The notes: generated by a model not told the origin, from the letters alone. A DNA stretch of 64,000 nucleotides from an uncultured candidate division Zixibacteria bacterium (GCA_963817915.1 CAWFQL010000017.1:256001-320000), one strand, 5' to 3'; positions 17,302 to 29,103 are shown, counted from the first letter of the stretch. Numbers and translations: made by a program.

Positions 17302-19911
17302 ATGATGCCTAAGGCGTTTGAGTCATTTCAAGTGAAGGCAACATTGCCAGGCAAGTTGTGGGTTCTAAAAGAATTAGCTTATAATCTATACTGGACCTGG
17401 GATTTTGAAACAATCGAGCTATTCCGACGATTGGATCGCGATCTCTGGGATGCAACGGGTCATAATCCAATCAAAATGCTTGGCAAAATTAAGCAGGACA
17501 AGCTCAGCCAGGCCGCCAATGACGAAGGATTCATGGCTCAACTGGAGCGCCTCTATTGGAGCCTGCAGGATTATCTAAATGGCTCGACTTGGTTTGAAAG
17601 CAACTTCGGAAGATTCGAATCTCCCAAGATAGCTTATTTTTCCATGGAATTTGGGCTTACTGAAAGCCTTCCGATCTATTCCGGCGGATTAGGAATATTG
17701 GCGGGAGACCATCTCAAATCGGCCAGCGATTTGGGACTGCCCTTGGTAGGTGTCGGACTTCTCTATCAGCAAGGATATTTCCAGCAGTATCTCAATGGCG
17801 ACGGTTGGCAACAGGAGACTTATCCTGACAATGATTTCTTCAGCCTTCCGGTCCAGCTCGAATGTGATGAAAATGGTCAACCGCTCAAGGTTGCAGTGCA
17901 ATTTCCCGGACGCCCGGTGATATGCCAGATTTGGCGGGCTCAAGTCGGCAGAATTCCGCTTTACCTTTTGGACACAAATACAACTGAAAATCAGGAACGC
18001 GATAGAAAAATTACATATCAGCTTTACGGCGGCGATAGCGAGACTCGTATTCAACAAGAATTAATTCTTGGGGTAGGCGGCATGCTGGCATTGAGATTGC
18101 TCGATATTCATGTTCGAGTTTGCCATATGAATGAGGGCCACGCTGGGTTCATGGCATTTGAAAGAATAAGACACAGAAAAGTAACCAATAATCTCAGCAC
18201 CGATGAGGCTATCCAAATCGCCAGAGGTGGTACGATATTTACGACCCACACTCCAGTCCCGGCCGGGATCGACGAATTCCCGCCATGGATGATAGAAAAA
18301 TATCTGGGTCATTATCTCAACGCCGCGGGCATCGAGCAAGAAAAAGTCTTGAAATTGGGCAAATATAACGGCCATGATATCAAAGAACCGTTCAATATGG
18401 CGCTAATGGCATTACGAACGACTGCGTATGCCAATGGAGTCAGCAAGCTTCACGGCGAAGTATCCAGGAAAATGTGGAAATCGATTTGGCCCAATGTTCC
18501 AGAGCCAGAAATACCGATTGATCATGTCACCAACGGCATCCACACTCGCAGTTGGATTTCGCATGAGATGTCGGAGCTTTTCTCCAGATACCTGGGACCT
18601 GATTGGATCAGAAAGCCCGCGGACCAAACAGTTTGGCAGAGGATCGAACGAATTCCTGATGTGGAATTATGGCGTACCCATGAAAGACGGCGCGAACGTT
18701 TGGTGGCATTCACAAGAAAACGTCTTGCTGAGCAGTTAAAGCGCCGCGGCGGGAATACTCGTGAAATCAATTCGGCCGGCGAAACCCTGAATCCGGAAGC
18801 GTTGACTATCGGATTTGCGCGACGATTTGCTACCTACAAGCGTGCCTCGTTGCTTTTCAAAGATATGCAAAGGCTAAAAAGGCTTCTAACCGATCGCGAA
18901 CGACCAATTCAATTCATATTCGCGGGCAAAGCTCATCCACATGATAACGGTGGAAAAGACTTGATTAAGCAGATAATTCATTTCGCCCGCCACGATGATG
19001 TTCGGCGAAGCGTTGTATTTTTGGAAAATTACGATATCAATGTCGCCAGGTATTTGGTACAGGGAGTCGATATCTGGCTGAATAATCCGCGAAGACCATT
19101 AGAAGCCAGCGGCACGAGTGGAATGAAAATTTTGCCGAATGGCGGGCTGAATCTAAGCGTTCTCGATGGATGGTGGTGCGAAGGGTATCAGACAGATACG
19201 GGCTGGGCAATCGGCGCGGGCGAAGAATACGATGATCCTGAATTGCAGGACGAAGTCGAGAGCAAGGCTTTATATGATGTATTGGAAAATGACGTCATTC
19301 CCATATTTTACGATAGGGGAAAAGATGATCTGCCGCGGCATTGGATTTCAAAAATGAAATCATCGATGATAAAACTCTGCCCGATGTTCAATACAAACCG
19401 AATGGTCCGCGAGTACACTGAAAAATTCTACATGAAAGCTCATGCCTCGTGGAAAAATCTTTCTGCCAATGATTTTGCCAAAACACGAGAACTGGAACAA
19501 TGGCGAACCTATGTAGAGCAAAATTGGGGGAAGGTCCATATTTTAGATTCCAGCTCGGAGAAAAAGGATATCGAGGTCGGCTATGCATTAAAGATTACCT
19601 GTGAAATTGCGCTTGGGGCTTTAAAGCCGGAGGATGTTATTGTACAGATATATAGCGGGCCTCTTGATTCCGATCAGAATATAATTCACGATACCACTGA
19701 AACAATGAATTGCGTATCTTCAACGGATCATTCTCATCTTTACGAGGGATTCTTGCCCTGTGATGAAAGCGGCCGCTTTGGATATTCAGTCAGGATAATG
19801 CCAAATAATCCCGATATGCCGGATCATTTTAATCTGGACCTGTTGCGCTGGATCGGCGAATATTCACCCGAAAAGGCATCCAGGAAAATCGAGAGCGCAA
19901 CGTTAGTATAG
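17302..19911 (+). CDS. glgP: Alpha-glucan (glycogen) phosphorylase
   Basis: YSGGLGILAGDHLK, HMNEGH, FARRFATYKR, EASGTSGMK. Confidence 0.93.
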   Translation: MMPKAFESFQVKATLPGKLWVLKELAYNLYWTWDFETIELFRRLDRDLWDATGHNPIKMLGKIKQDKLSQAANDEGFMAQLERLYWSLQDYLNGSTWFESNFGRFESPKIAYFSMEFGLTESLPIYSGGLGILAGDHLKSASDLGLPLVGVGLLYQQGYFQQYLNGDGWQQETYPDNDFFSLPVQLECDENGQPLKVAVQFPGRPVICQIWRAQVGRIPLYLLDTNTTENQERDRKITYQLYGGDSETRIQQELILGVGGMLALRLLDIHVRVCHMNEGHAGFMAFERIRHRKVTNNLSTDEAIQIARGGTIFTTHTPVPAGIDEFPPWMIEKYLGHYLNAAGIEQEKVLKLGKYNGHDIKEPFNMALMALRTTAYANGVSKLHGEVSRKMWKSIWPNVPEPEIPIDHVTNGIHTRSWISHEMSELFSRYLGPDWIRKPADQTVWQRIERIPDVELWRTHERRRERLVAFTRKRLAEQLKRRGGNTREINSAGETLNPEALTIGFARRFATYKRASLLFKDMQRLKRLLTDRERPIQFIFAGKAHPHDNGGKDLIKQIIHFARHDDVRRSVVFLENYDINVARYLVQGVDIWLNNPRRPLEASGTSGMKILPNGGLNLSVLDGWWCEGYQTDTGWAIGAGEEYDDPELQDEVESKALYDVLENDVIPIFYDRGKDDLPRHWISKMKSSMIKLCPMFNTNRMVREYTEKFYMKAHASWKNLSANDFAKTRELEQWRTYVEQNWGKVHILDSSSEKKDIEVGYALKITCEIALGALKPEDVIVQIYSGPLDSDQNIIHDTTETMNCVSSTDHSHLYEGFLPCDESGRFGYSVRIMPNNPDMPDHFNLDLLRWIGEYSPEKASRKIESATLV

Positions 19912-19957
19912 CATGAATATTATTTCCTGATTCATTCGGGATATTGAATTAACCAAT

Positions 19958-19993
19958 AAAAAGTGCGATGATTAATTTCATTGCACTTTTTTT
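19958..19993 (+). terminator. Intrinsic terminator after glgP
   Basis: AAAAAGTGCGATGA-TTAATT-TCATTGCACTTTTTTT. Confidence 0.75.
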
Positions 19994-20025
19994 GGCATCA
20001 GAGACGATGATTGTTACAACTTATA

Positions 20026-20053
20026 TTGACAATCAGGACAAATATACTATAAT
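20026..20053 (+). promoter_or_regulatory. Consensus sigma70 promoter
   Basis: Exact TTGACA-16 nt-TATAAT. Confidence 0.75.
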
Positions 20054-20094
20054 TAAAGGAGAACTGGGCTGTGAGAGCTCTATTAGGAGGATTA

Positions 20095-22233
20095 ATGAGA
20101 AAATTCGTATTGTTTTTGGCCCTGACCTTCTTTTCGGCGGTGTCCGTAGAGTTATTATATGCCGAAGATTCTCAAGAAGTTAAGGATATTCAGAAGATGA
20201 TTGAGGAAAATGGTCTCCATTGGACTGCTCGCCAGACCTCGATGATGGATATACCGCTCGAAGAAAGACGTCAGCGCCTTGGGATTAAAATACCTGATGA
20301 TGTCAAACAACGATTCGCCCACCTGGACAGTCTTCCTCCGCCAACTCTACTTAATACCCAAGCCATATTTGATTGGAGATTGCTCAATGGCGTAACTCCG
20401 GTCAAGGATCAAGGTCAATGCGGGTCATGCTGGGATTTCGCGGGTACAGGCGCATTTGAAGCGGCTTATCTTCTTGCCGAAGGTGTAGTAGCGGATTTTT
20501 CGGAGCAGCAGGTTTTATCCTGCAATGGTGGTGGATCCAGCTGCAGCGGCGGATGGATGCAAGACGCATATCTGGTTTATATGAACTATGGTGCCATAGA
20601 CGAAACCAACATGCCATATCAGGGATCGGACGATGTTCCCTGTCTTCAATATCAATATGACCCTATTGCGACTCTTGAAGGATTTGAAGATATACCAAAT
20701 AATGTTAATTCGATCAAGAATGCGCTGTTGAGCGGACCGCTTTCCACAACTTACACCGTGTATGATGATTTCTATGGCTATAGTGAAGGATGCTATGATC
20801 ATTCAAGCGGCGATAATATTAATCACGCAGTCGTCATTGTCGGTTGGGACGATAATATGTGCGATGGCGAGGGTGCCTGGATTGTAAAAAATAGCTGGGG
20901 CCCGGCCTGGGGATTAGACGGATATTTTTATATAAAATATGGAGCGGCGCGTATTGGAAGCTATACCCAGCGTCCTATTTATGGCGTTCAGGGTGTGCCT
21001 GTCATGGCGGTATCGGTTGATACGCTTGCGGATGGTTCATACGTTCCGATTGAAGAATTTTTGCCACAAAATAATTCAAGCATCAGAACCGTCCAATTAT
21101 CCAATATTGGGGACGGCAATCTATTCTATCGTACTACTGCGATGCCTCCGCCCGATCAGGATGAATTTGGATATTACTGGCGCGATTCCAATATGTCGGA
21201 TGGTCCGACATTTAATTGGATCGATATCACTAGCATCGGCCAGCCAATTAGCTTCCCATATGACCAGGATAATGGTAATTCCGGGACAAAGTATCTGGGA
21301 TTCAGTTTTAATTATTATGGTAGGTCTGTGAATCGTCTGAGATTCTGCGTAAACGGCTGGGCAACATTCATGAACGCGATTTTCTATAATTGGGAAAATA
21401 TGCCGATTCCCGATCAATCGTACCCCAACGATCTTATGGCGCCCTGGTGGGATGATTTGACATTGGAATACGGCGGCCAGATCTTTTATTACACCAATAA
21501 CGCCGATACCGCGATAATATCATGGAATGGTATTTCAGATACCCGTAGAGCAGGAACCTATACATTCCAGATTATTTTGGTAGCGCCGTCGACAATCAAA
21601 TTCCAATATCTCAATATGGGCCCTGGTCGTCTCAATGAGGCTACTGTGGGTATCGAGAACCGCGAGGGTACTACCGGTCTGCAAATGGCTTACAATTCCA
21701 GCTATATGCATGATTCACTGGCCACGCAATTCTATCTTGGAGCTCATGTAATTTCCGAATGGCTTTCTATTAGCCCTGCCTCTGGGAATATTTTCGGAGG
21801 AACCTCCGCGCCGATAAATATCAATTTTGCATCGGGCGATCTTCCCTCCGGGGCTTATCAGGCATCCTTGAAAATTCTAACCAATGACCAGGATAATATT
21901 ACGACTATAATTCCCATAACTTTGCATGTCGGGTTAGTTGGAATAGATGAAAAGTCAATCGAAATGCCGGCAAAATTTGGGCTAAGATCAGTTTATCCCA
22001 ATCCATTTAATCCTTCCACCAACATAAGTTATAGCCTTTCGGCCGCTGGTCGTGTGCGATTGGACATATATAACCTCTTGGGACAAAACGTAGCCAATTT
22101 ATTCGATGATTACCAGCAGGCTGGCGAGCATGTTATAACTTGGAATGCAGAACGATATGGATCGGGTGTATATTTCGTTAAATTATCCGATGGTCAAAAA
22201 ACATCAACTTCAAGACTGCTATTCCTGAAATAG
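20095..22233 (+). CDS. Secreted papain-family (C1A) cysteine protease with T9SS-type CTD
   Basis: AGGAGG SD; signal peptide; VKDQGQCGSCW, NHAVVIVGW, WIVKNSWG; C-terminal YPNPFNPST...SGVYFVKL. Confidence 0.9.
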   Translation: MRKFVLFLALTFFSAVSVELLYAEDSQEVKDIQKMIEENGLHWTARQTSMMDIPLEERRQRLGIKIPDDVKQRFAHLDSLPPPTLLNTQAIFDWRLLNGVTPVKDQGQCGSCWDFAGTGAFEAAYLLAEGVVADFSEQQVLSCNGGGSSCSGGWMQDAYLVYMNYGAIDETNMPYQGSDDVPCLQYQYDPIATLEGFEDIPNNVNSIKNALLSGPLSTTYTVYDDFYGYSEGCYDHSSGDNINHAVVIVGWDDNMCDGEGAWIVKNSWGPAWGLDGYFYIKYGAARIGSYTQRPIYGVQGVPVMAVSVDTLADGSYVPIEEFLPQNNSSIRTVQLSNIGDGNLFYRTTAMPPPDQDEFGYYWRDSNMSDGPTFNWIDITSIGQPISFPYDQDNGNSGTKYLGFSFNYYGRSVNRLRFCVNGWATFMNAIFYNWENMPIPDQSYPNDLMAPWWDDLTLEYGGQIFYYTNNADTAIISWNGISDTRRAGTYTFQIILVAPSTIKFQYLNMGPGRLNEATVGIENREGTTGLQMAYNSSYMHDSLATQFYLGAHVISEWLSISPASGNIFGGTSAPININFASGDLPSGAYQASLKILTNDQDNITTIIPITLHVGLVGIDEKSIEMPAKFGLRSVYPNPFNPSTNISYSLSAAGRVRLDIYNLLGQNVANLFDDYQQAGEHVITWNAERYGSGVYFVKLSDGQKTSTSRLLFLK

Positions 22234-22259
22234 CCTGACTATACATTTTCGAAATTTGC

Positions 22260-22285
22260 AGGGCGTTCACAAGGACGCCCTTTTT
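22260..22285 (+). terminator. Intrinsic terminator
   Basis: AGGGCGTTC-ACAA-GGACGCCCT-TTTT. Confidence 0.8.
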
Positions 22286-22504
22286 CGTTTTTATGAATTA
22301 AATTACCTGTTAAATATAATTTGGAAAAATTGCATATTTAATTATATTGATTTCGCATGAGTTAATTGGAGATGCCGACAGGTACTGCCTGTTTAGGGCA
22401 GGATTACGAACAAAGGCAGAAATATGCCTGTTATTGAATCGCACATAATATCATATTTAAAGTACAAATTCTATCTGATTTGAATAATTAAATTGGAGGA
22501 TAAA

Positions 22505-25264
22505 ATGAGAAAAATGCTAATGATTTTTTCCGCAATCGCGCTGTTTTATGGCGGAATAGCTTTCGGGTCGGACGGCAAGCAGTCAATGGAATTTTCCAAT
22601 TCCAATGGATTGAAGTCTGTCAGGATAGTTACACCCAACGAAGGGTACAGCCAGACGGCATTTGATCGTCAATTGCCGATTCGAAATCCCCATATACTGT
22701 CACAGGTTGTTTGGGTTGATCGCAATCATGAAAACGCGATAGCTAACGACGTCGCTGTCAGCCCCGATGGCGCGAGCATATTTGCGGGGTGGTGGCTGAA
22801 TAATATGCGTTTTGCGTCCTATGTTTCAGCTGGTTTGGATGCGCCGCTCTGGCGTTATAATGTAACCACTCAATGGCAAATGCCGGTCAGCGCCAGGGCA
22901 AATAAATATGCAGGCACGGGATCGAGTTTGCCTGCATTGGCCTGGGGGAACGATTCACCACTGTATCAAAATTCATTTAATTATGATGCTGGCTATATAG
23001 GAGCAAGCGTATCTCTTTCAGGGAATGGAGAGCTATTGGCAGCGGCATCTTGGATTAGCGCGGATGACGCCATTCTCACGGTATACGATCTGGGTTCCAG
23101 TGACACTATATTTGTGCGCCATTTCGTGCCGACTCAAGGGCTTCAGGGAGTCGATTTTTCGCGTGATGGATCGAGAGTATTGGTCACGAACTACGGCGGG
23201 CTGTTGGTTTACAGTGTCCCTAATGGCGACCTGCTTGGCCAGCTTCCGAATTATTCCCAGACAATCGCGAAAATTTCGGGCGATGGAAATCATGTCGTAA
23301 GCGGATCATTTACAGGAGCCGTGGAATATTATAATTGGGATGGCTCTTCCTATGTAAGAAGATGGATAAGAGCTACCGGTCATGATTGGGTGACTGCAGT
23401 AGCTATATCGGCTGACGGATCTACATTCGCCTGTGGAACATTGGATTTCGTAAATGGTCAAATCGCTGGCGGAAAATTCGAAATGTGGGATGCGTCGAAT
23501 GGGAATACCCTTATCGATTATCGGGATTACGGCGACGAGGTCGGATCGGTGGCGCTCTCAGCCGATGGCCGTTATGCGATTGCTGGCTGCTGGGGTGCTT
23601 ATGCCAGAACTTATGGCGATGTCGTTACAGTATTTATACGTGATACCGATGTCCCGATATTTCAATTGCTTGATGATATAGACGAACCCGGTTCGATTTT
23701 TGGAGTAGCTATCTCCGATTCAGGCAACTACGCGGCCGCCGGTGGAAAAGCAGTTCATGCCAGAGATTGGGGCAATGGCGGCATGCTTTATTCTATAAAA
23801 ATCAATGATCCGGTTCAGCATGATGTTGCAGTATCATCAATCGATGCTCCCGGAGAATTAGTAAATCCCGGCGATACTTTTTCACCAACTGCCACATTCA
23901 TTAATGTGGGATTGGAAACGGAGAGCTTCACCGCGAACTGCAAAATCACCGATATGGGACTCGATACGATAATTTATGAATCGTCATATAATATCAACAG
24001 CCTGATGTCATTCGGAACAAGTCAGGTTTATTTCGAGCCGCCATTCACTCTTCAAAGAAGTGGAAGATACAGGATTGATTTTTCCGCGCTTCTTCCGACA
24101 GATATGGACACTGCCAATAATACACTGTCGCTGACATTTAGAAGCTGGCACGATATAAAGGCCATTTCAGTAACCAATCCTTTCAATGAAGCCACTGTCA
24201 ATTGGTCAGGAATACCCTCCGCGATTTTCAAGAATTTCGGTTCTTATGATGAATCAGTCGACGTCACTCTCTCGATATTTGACTCGACCGGAATCGAAGT
24301 GTATACGTCGATAGCTAATATTTTTGGCCTGAGTCCTTACGCGTCGGAAGAGGTTCACTTTGATCCTTGGATTCCCGATCTAATTGGTACTTTTAGAGCG
24401 GTTTTTAACGCTGAAGTGCCCGATGACGCGTCTCCAGAAGATAATACGATAACCAAATACATCTCCGCTGTTCAGGAGATGATGTATGACGATGGCCAAT
24501 TTGACGCGACATACTGGGTGGGGTCGTATCCTGACGCCGACAATCGCAAGTTTCTCCAGGTTTTTGATCCGAATGTTTCGGCTCCGTTCACAATTGAGAA
24601 TGTCAGATTTTACCAGCCGCCTACCGCCTACGACGGCTATCTCGATTACCTGGCCATAGCTCTTGATGTAAACGATTTACCGGATACATTGGATTATCTT
24701 GCGAAGATACCTTTTCCGGAGCTCGCAGGACCGGGACAATGGTCAGGCACTGATCTGAATGTTCATGTTCAGGAGTCGACACCCTTATGGGTAATTTTAC
24801 ATTGGCCGGATGAACCACTGAATGGGCCGTTTATAGGTGCCGATGCTACCGGATTGATAAATTGTAAATCATGGTGGTTTTCGAACACCGGCGGTTACAA
24901 TAGCTGGCCATTTAATGATTGGATGATTCGCATGACCCTGCAAAGCGCAACCGGAGTGGAATCCGATTATCTCAGCGGCCTGCCGAATAAGATATCTCTA
25001 ATGCAAAATTACCCCAATCCATTCAATCCAACCACTACTATCAAATTTGCTATGCCGGTCCCCGGAAATGCCAGGATCGAGATCTTTAATTCTCTGGGCC
25101 AGAGAGTAAAATTACTCGCCGATTCTCATTTTGACACAGGATATCATTCTATTGTCTGGGATGGTAAAAACGACGTGGGAATCAGTGTTTCGTCCGGTAT
25201 GTATTATTATCGCCTGACTGCTGGCGACGCGAATATTTCCAGAAAAATGCTGATGCTAAAATAA
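22505..25264 (+). CDS. Secreted beta-propeller (WD40-like) plus Ig/CARDB-like protein with FlgD-Ig/T9SS CTD
   Basis: GGAGG SD; repeated VAISxDG motifs; DVAVSSIDAP...NNT Ig-like repeats; QNYPNPFNP...WDGKN...SGMYYYRL. Confidence 0.8.
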   Translation: MRKMLMIFSAIALFYGGIAFGSDGKQSMEFSNSNGLKSVRIVTPNEGYSQTAFDRQLPIRNPHILSQVVWVDRNHENAIANDVAVSPDGASIFAGWWLNNMRFASYVSAGLDAPLWRYNVTTQWQMPVSARANKYAGTGSSLPALAWGNDSPLYQNSFNYDAGYIGASVSLSGNGELLAAASWISADDAILTVYDLGSSDTIFVRHFVPTQGLQGVDFSRDGSRVLVTNYGGLLVYSVPNGDLLGQLPNYSQTIAKISGDGNHVVSGSFTGAVEYYNWDGSSYVRRWIRATGHDWVTAVAISADGSTFACGTLDFVNGQIAGGKFEMWDASNGNTLIDYRDYGDEVGSVALSADGRYAIAGCWGAYARTYGDVVTVFIRDTDVPIFQLLDDIDEPGSIFGVAISDSGNYAAAGGKAVHARDWGNGGMLYSIKINDPVQHDVAVSSIDAPGELVNPGDTFSPTATFINVGLETESFTANCKITDMGLDTIIYESSYNINSLMSFGTSQVYFEPPFTLQRSGRYRIDFSALLPTDMDTANNTLSLTFRSWHDIKAISVTNPFNEATVNWSGIPSAIFKNFGSYDESVDVTLSIFDSTGIEVYTSIANIFGLSPYASEEVHFDPWIPDLIGTFRAVFNAEVPDDASPEDNTITKYISAVQEMMYDDGQFDATYWVGSYPDADNRKFLQVFDPNVSAPFTIENVRFYQPPTAYDGYLDYLAIALDVNDLPDTLDYLAKIPFPELAGPGQWSGTDLNVHVQESTPLWVILHWPDEPLNGPFIGADATGLINCKSWWFSNTGGYNSWPFNDWMIRMTLQSATGVESDYLSGLPNKISLMQNYPNPFNPTTTIKFAMPVPGNARIEIFNSLGQRVKLLADSHFDTGYHSIVWDGKNDVGISVSSGMYYYRLTAGDANISRKMLMLK

Positions 25265-25305
25265 GATCAAACACTGATTTTCGATTAATTGGAGCAATTG
25301 AAATT

Positions 25306-25338
25306 GAAAAGGCGACATTAAGCGATGTCGCCTTTTTC
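25306..25338 (+). terminator. Intrinsic terminator
   Basis: GAAAAGGCGACAT-TAAGCG-ATGTCGCCTTTTTC. Confidence 0.8.
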
Positions 25339-25405
25339 ATTGAAATTACTCGTTTGAAAGCTTTTTGATTGCATATATTTCCGCTATAACTTATAAGTAA
25401 TTCCG

Positions 25406-28400
25406 ATGAAAATTAGCCCGATACACGTATCATCAAATATGAGGTGGTTGCTTAGAGGGGTTCTGTGGGTATTATTTTGCCTGCCATTTTCGGCGAATGC
25501 TCAGGATAAGACTGGTCCGTTAGTTCTCGAGCACGCTGATCGCTTGCTTTCCAGCGGCACAAATGGTGACATAGTTAATCTAATCGGCAACGTTCATCTT
25601 TCGCATGAGGGAGTTGATCTATACAGCAGCAGGGCAACCTGGTACAGGCTTGCCGGGCTCGTGCAATTTATCGATTCGGTAAAAGTAATAGACGAAAATC
25701 GCGTAATCACCGCGCATTCCATGACCTACTATCGACGTGATAGAAGAGTGACGGCCATGGGCGATGTCAAAATCGATGATTCCAAACAAAAAGTTCAGCT
25801 TTGGGGCGATAAAGTCGATTATTATAGACTTTCCAAGCAGATGGAAGCCACCGGTCATCCTCATTTGATCATAAATCCGGAAGACGATTCCGCCAGAATG
25901 GATATCAAAAGCCTGAGAATGCAATATTTCGATCAGGACAGTAAAGGGATCGCCTATGATTCGGTAGTCATTACCCGCCGGGATATCGTAGCCAGGGCAG
26001 GGCAGGCTATTTTTTACAGAGAACCGGAAGGAGCGGTTTTATACAAGGACCCATCCTTGACGCAAAGTGAAAACAAACTTACCGGCGATACAATTTCTAT
26101 TTATACGAAGGATAAAAAAATCGACAGGCTCCTGGTGATTGGAAATGCCAAAGCAGTCTATAAGACTCAGCCTGATACTCTGGTCGAGGCCTATACCACC
26201 GCGGAATTGACGGGCAAAGAACTTGAAGCTTTTTTCTTCAATGAGAAAATCGATAAGGTAGTTACCAGAAAGAACGCGATCAGTGTCTATACGCCGGCTA
26301 TCACGGATACGCTAACGACCGGCACCAATACGGCTTCGGGGGATTCGATTACATTATATTTCGTGAAAAGCTCGATCAAACGAGTATTTATTTCTGGCGG
26401 GGCAGAGGGTCAGTATGCTGAGACCAAAGCAGATTCTCTTGGTAAAGCGCATGTCGATACTACCTATTATTCAGGCAATACAATCGATTATGACATGGAT
26501 AAGTCCGAAATAAATCTTCTCGGCAGCGGGTCACTTAAATATCAGGAAATGGCGCTGACCGCGGGAGATATTCGATATAAAACAGATACGAAAATACTGA
26601 CTGCCAAAGGTATTGAAAGCGATACCGGAAAAGCGAAGGAGCCTCCCATATTGAAGCAAGGGAGCGAGCAGCTCGATGGCCAGCGAATGACTTATAACTT
26701 GAATACAAGAAAAGGTCAGGTCAGGATGGCTCGCACCAAATACGACAGCGGATTTTACACGGGTGCCACTATCAGAGAAGTCACGAACAAAGAATTATTA
26801 GTGTCTTCCGGTACCTATACTTCATGCGATTTGGAGGAGGGGCCTCATTATCATTTCTATAGCACCAAGATGAAGATGATAAATAAGAATAAGGTCGTGG
26901 CAAGACCTGTCGTAATGTTTATCGGGCAACTGCCGGTATTCGCGATTCCATATTATGTTTTTCCAGTTAAAAAGGGACGGCATTCGGGTTTCACTTCATT
27001 CGAATTCGGTGATTTACGAAATAAACAACGGTATATAAGAAATGTCGGCTATTATTGGGCGGCGTCGCAGTACTGGGACACGCAAGCTCAAATAGATTAC
27101 TACGAAAATGTGAGGACAATTTTCAGGTATGATATCGCGTTTGTCCTGCGTGACAAGATAAATAGTCACATCAACGCCGAATATGATCACGAAGCCAACT
27201 GGCAAAATTATAGCCAGAGGATAAGAAAACGATGGAAGATCGACTATTTTCATTCTCAGAAAATCAATAAATCATTAAGTCTCTCGGGTTCGGGCAGTTT
27301 CGTTTCGGACAAAAACTATATTGCTGATAATATCCTTGATCCTTCGCAAAGACTCGAAAGGACTATCCGTTCCACTGGAAGCCTTTTTAAACGTTGGGAC
27401 TCTGCAGCACTAAATATAGGTTTCAATAACACTTGGAATCTTGATACTGGCGTCAAGGTGGCAGTGCTGCCTTCATTTAGCTTTTCGAAAAACCAATTTC
27501 AAATTTTCCCTGAAAAAGGCAAAACAACTAAAAAGAAAAGAGTCAGGCCAGGAGAAGAAACTGAAGAAGCTATCGTAAGATTTTACAATAAAACAATGCT
27601 GCAATTCACAATCGATGGACAGAATCTACGGCAGACACTTCGGACAATTGGCATTTCAGATACGACATATTACCATAAAAATTATCAGTACATCAATACC
27701 GGTGCGTTGATTAACAGCCCGCAAAACATATCAAAGTATTTGACAGTCACGCCGGGTATTACTCTTGGCCAAACTTTATATAGGTTGGAACCCAATACCA
27801 AAGTCGATAGTCTCGGCTTGAAAGCAAAATATATCGCAACTCGGGAAACTTATAGCCTCACACTTGATAGCAGAACTACGATGTATGGCACTGTAAATCC
27901 TAATATTTTCGGACTTATCGGACTTCGCCATGTAATGAGCCCATCAATAGGATATCGTTTTACTCCTGAGACAAAGAAGAATCAAGGATATTACTCGTAT
28001 ACTGGAGTCGGCGTAGCATCTGGCCGTTCCAAATCGCTAACATATTTGCTGGGCAATCAATTTCAGGCTAAATACAAATCAGGAGAAACAGAAAAGAAAA
28101 TTGATTTGTTCAGGCTCACATTTAGTACCGGATATTCTTTTACTGCTTTGACCCGCAGAATTGCGCCGCTCTCTACGTCTCTTGAGTCTAATTCTATTCC
28201 TAAACTTAATGTCTCATTTCGTTCTACACATGACTTTTACAATGAAGATGACAGCCGCAGATCATTATTACGTCCTCGCCTTGACAAGTATGTCAATCAC
28301 AACCGGCACCGAATTCAAGTACCACCCGGGGACAAAATCGGAGAATGAAGGCGCCGCACCCGAGAAAGAATCGCCAAATATAACGGCATTTCCTTCCAAA

Positions 28401-28751
28401 AAGCAGGGCGAAGATATGTCGAATATCGGTCTTGATGTTAAATTAACCCATTATTATTCTTGGAATAGAGTTGGGAAAAATATAAGCAAGATACAATGGA
28501 TCGGAGTGGGCATTTCGCTTCAGCCAACTACCCGCTGGAAGGTCAGCTATAATTTCCAGTATGATATTCAAAATAAAATAATGACATCGGGAACAGTGAA
28601 TGTCACGCGAGACATGCATTGCTGGCAGGGAATGCTGGTCTGGGTCCCGTCGGGTGTAACTGCCGGTTATTATGTGCGAATTTATATAAAAGCAATACCT
28701 GATATCAAAGTAGAATCTACGCAGGGCGGCCTCAGGGGCCAATATTATTAG
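25406..28751 (+). CDS. lptD: LPS assembly protein LptD-like with extended OstA beta-jellyroll; apparent frameshift near 28280
   Basis: OstA-like N-terminus, YTSCD...PHYHF, GRHSG. The barrel C-terminus (RDMHCWQG...YYVRIYIKAIPDIK) is in the next frame (ORF 28161-28751). Confidence 0.8.
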
Positions 28752-28830
28752 TCGTTTCCTCGTAGATTATATTGACATTATGATTCTTATGGCATAAAAA
28801 TCCAATATAGTATTGGGATTGGAGCGAAAT

Positions 28831-29103
28831 ATGACCAAGAGTCAATTAATCGATTTGATCGCGAAGGATGCCGGGATTTCGAAGGCGCAATCCAGCAAAG
28901 CATTGAATTCCATGCTTGCGAATGTGACCAGGAGCCTTCGAAAAGGCAGCAGTGTTTCATTCATCGGTTTCGGATCATTTGATGTCAAGCGACGGAAGGC
29001 ATTCATCGGGCGAAATCCGCGAACCGGCGAAGCGATAAATATCCCGGCAACGAAATCTCCGAGATTCCGGCCCGGCAAAAATCTGCGCGACGCGATCAGA
29101 TGA
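28831..29103 (+). CDS. hup: DNA-binding protein HU
   Basis: MTKSQLID, GFGSF, GRNPRTGE, PRFRPGK. TTGACA promoter-like element at about 28772. Confidence 0.92.
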   Translation: MTKSQLIDLIAKDAGISKAQSSKALNSMLANVTRSLRKGSSVSFIGFGSFDVKRRKAFIGRNPRTGEAINIPATKSPRFRPGKNLRDAIR

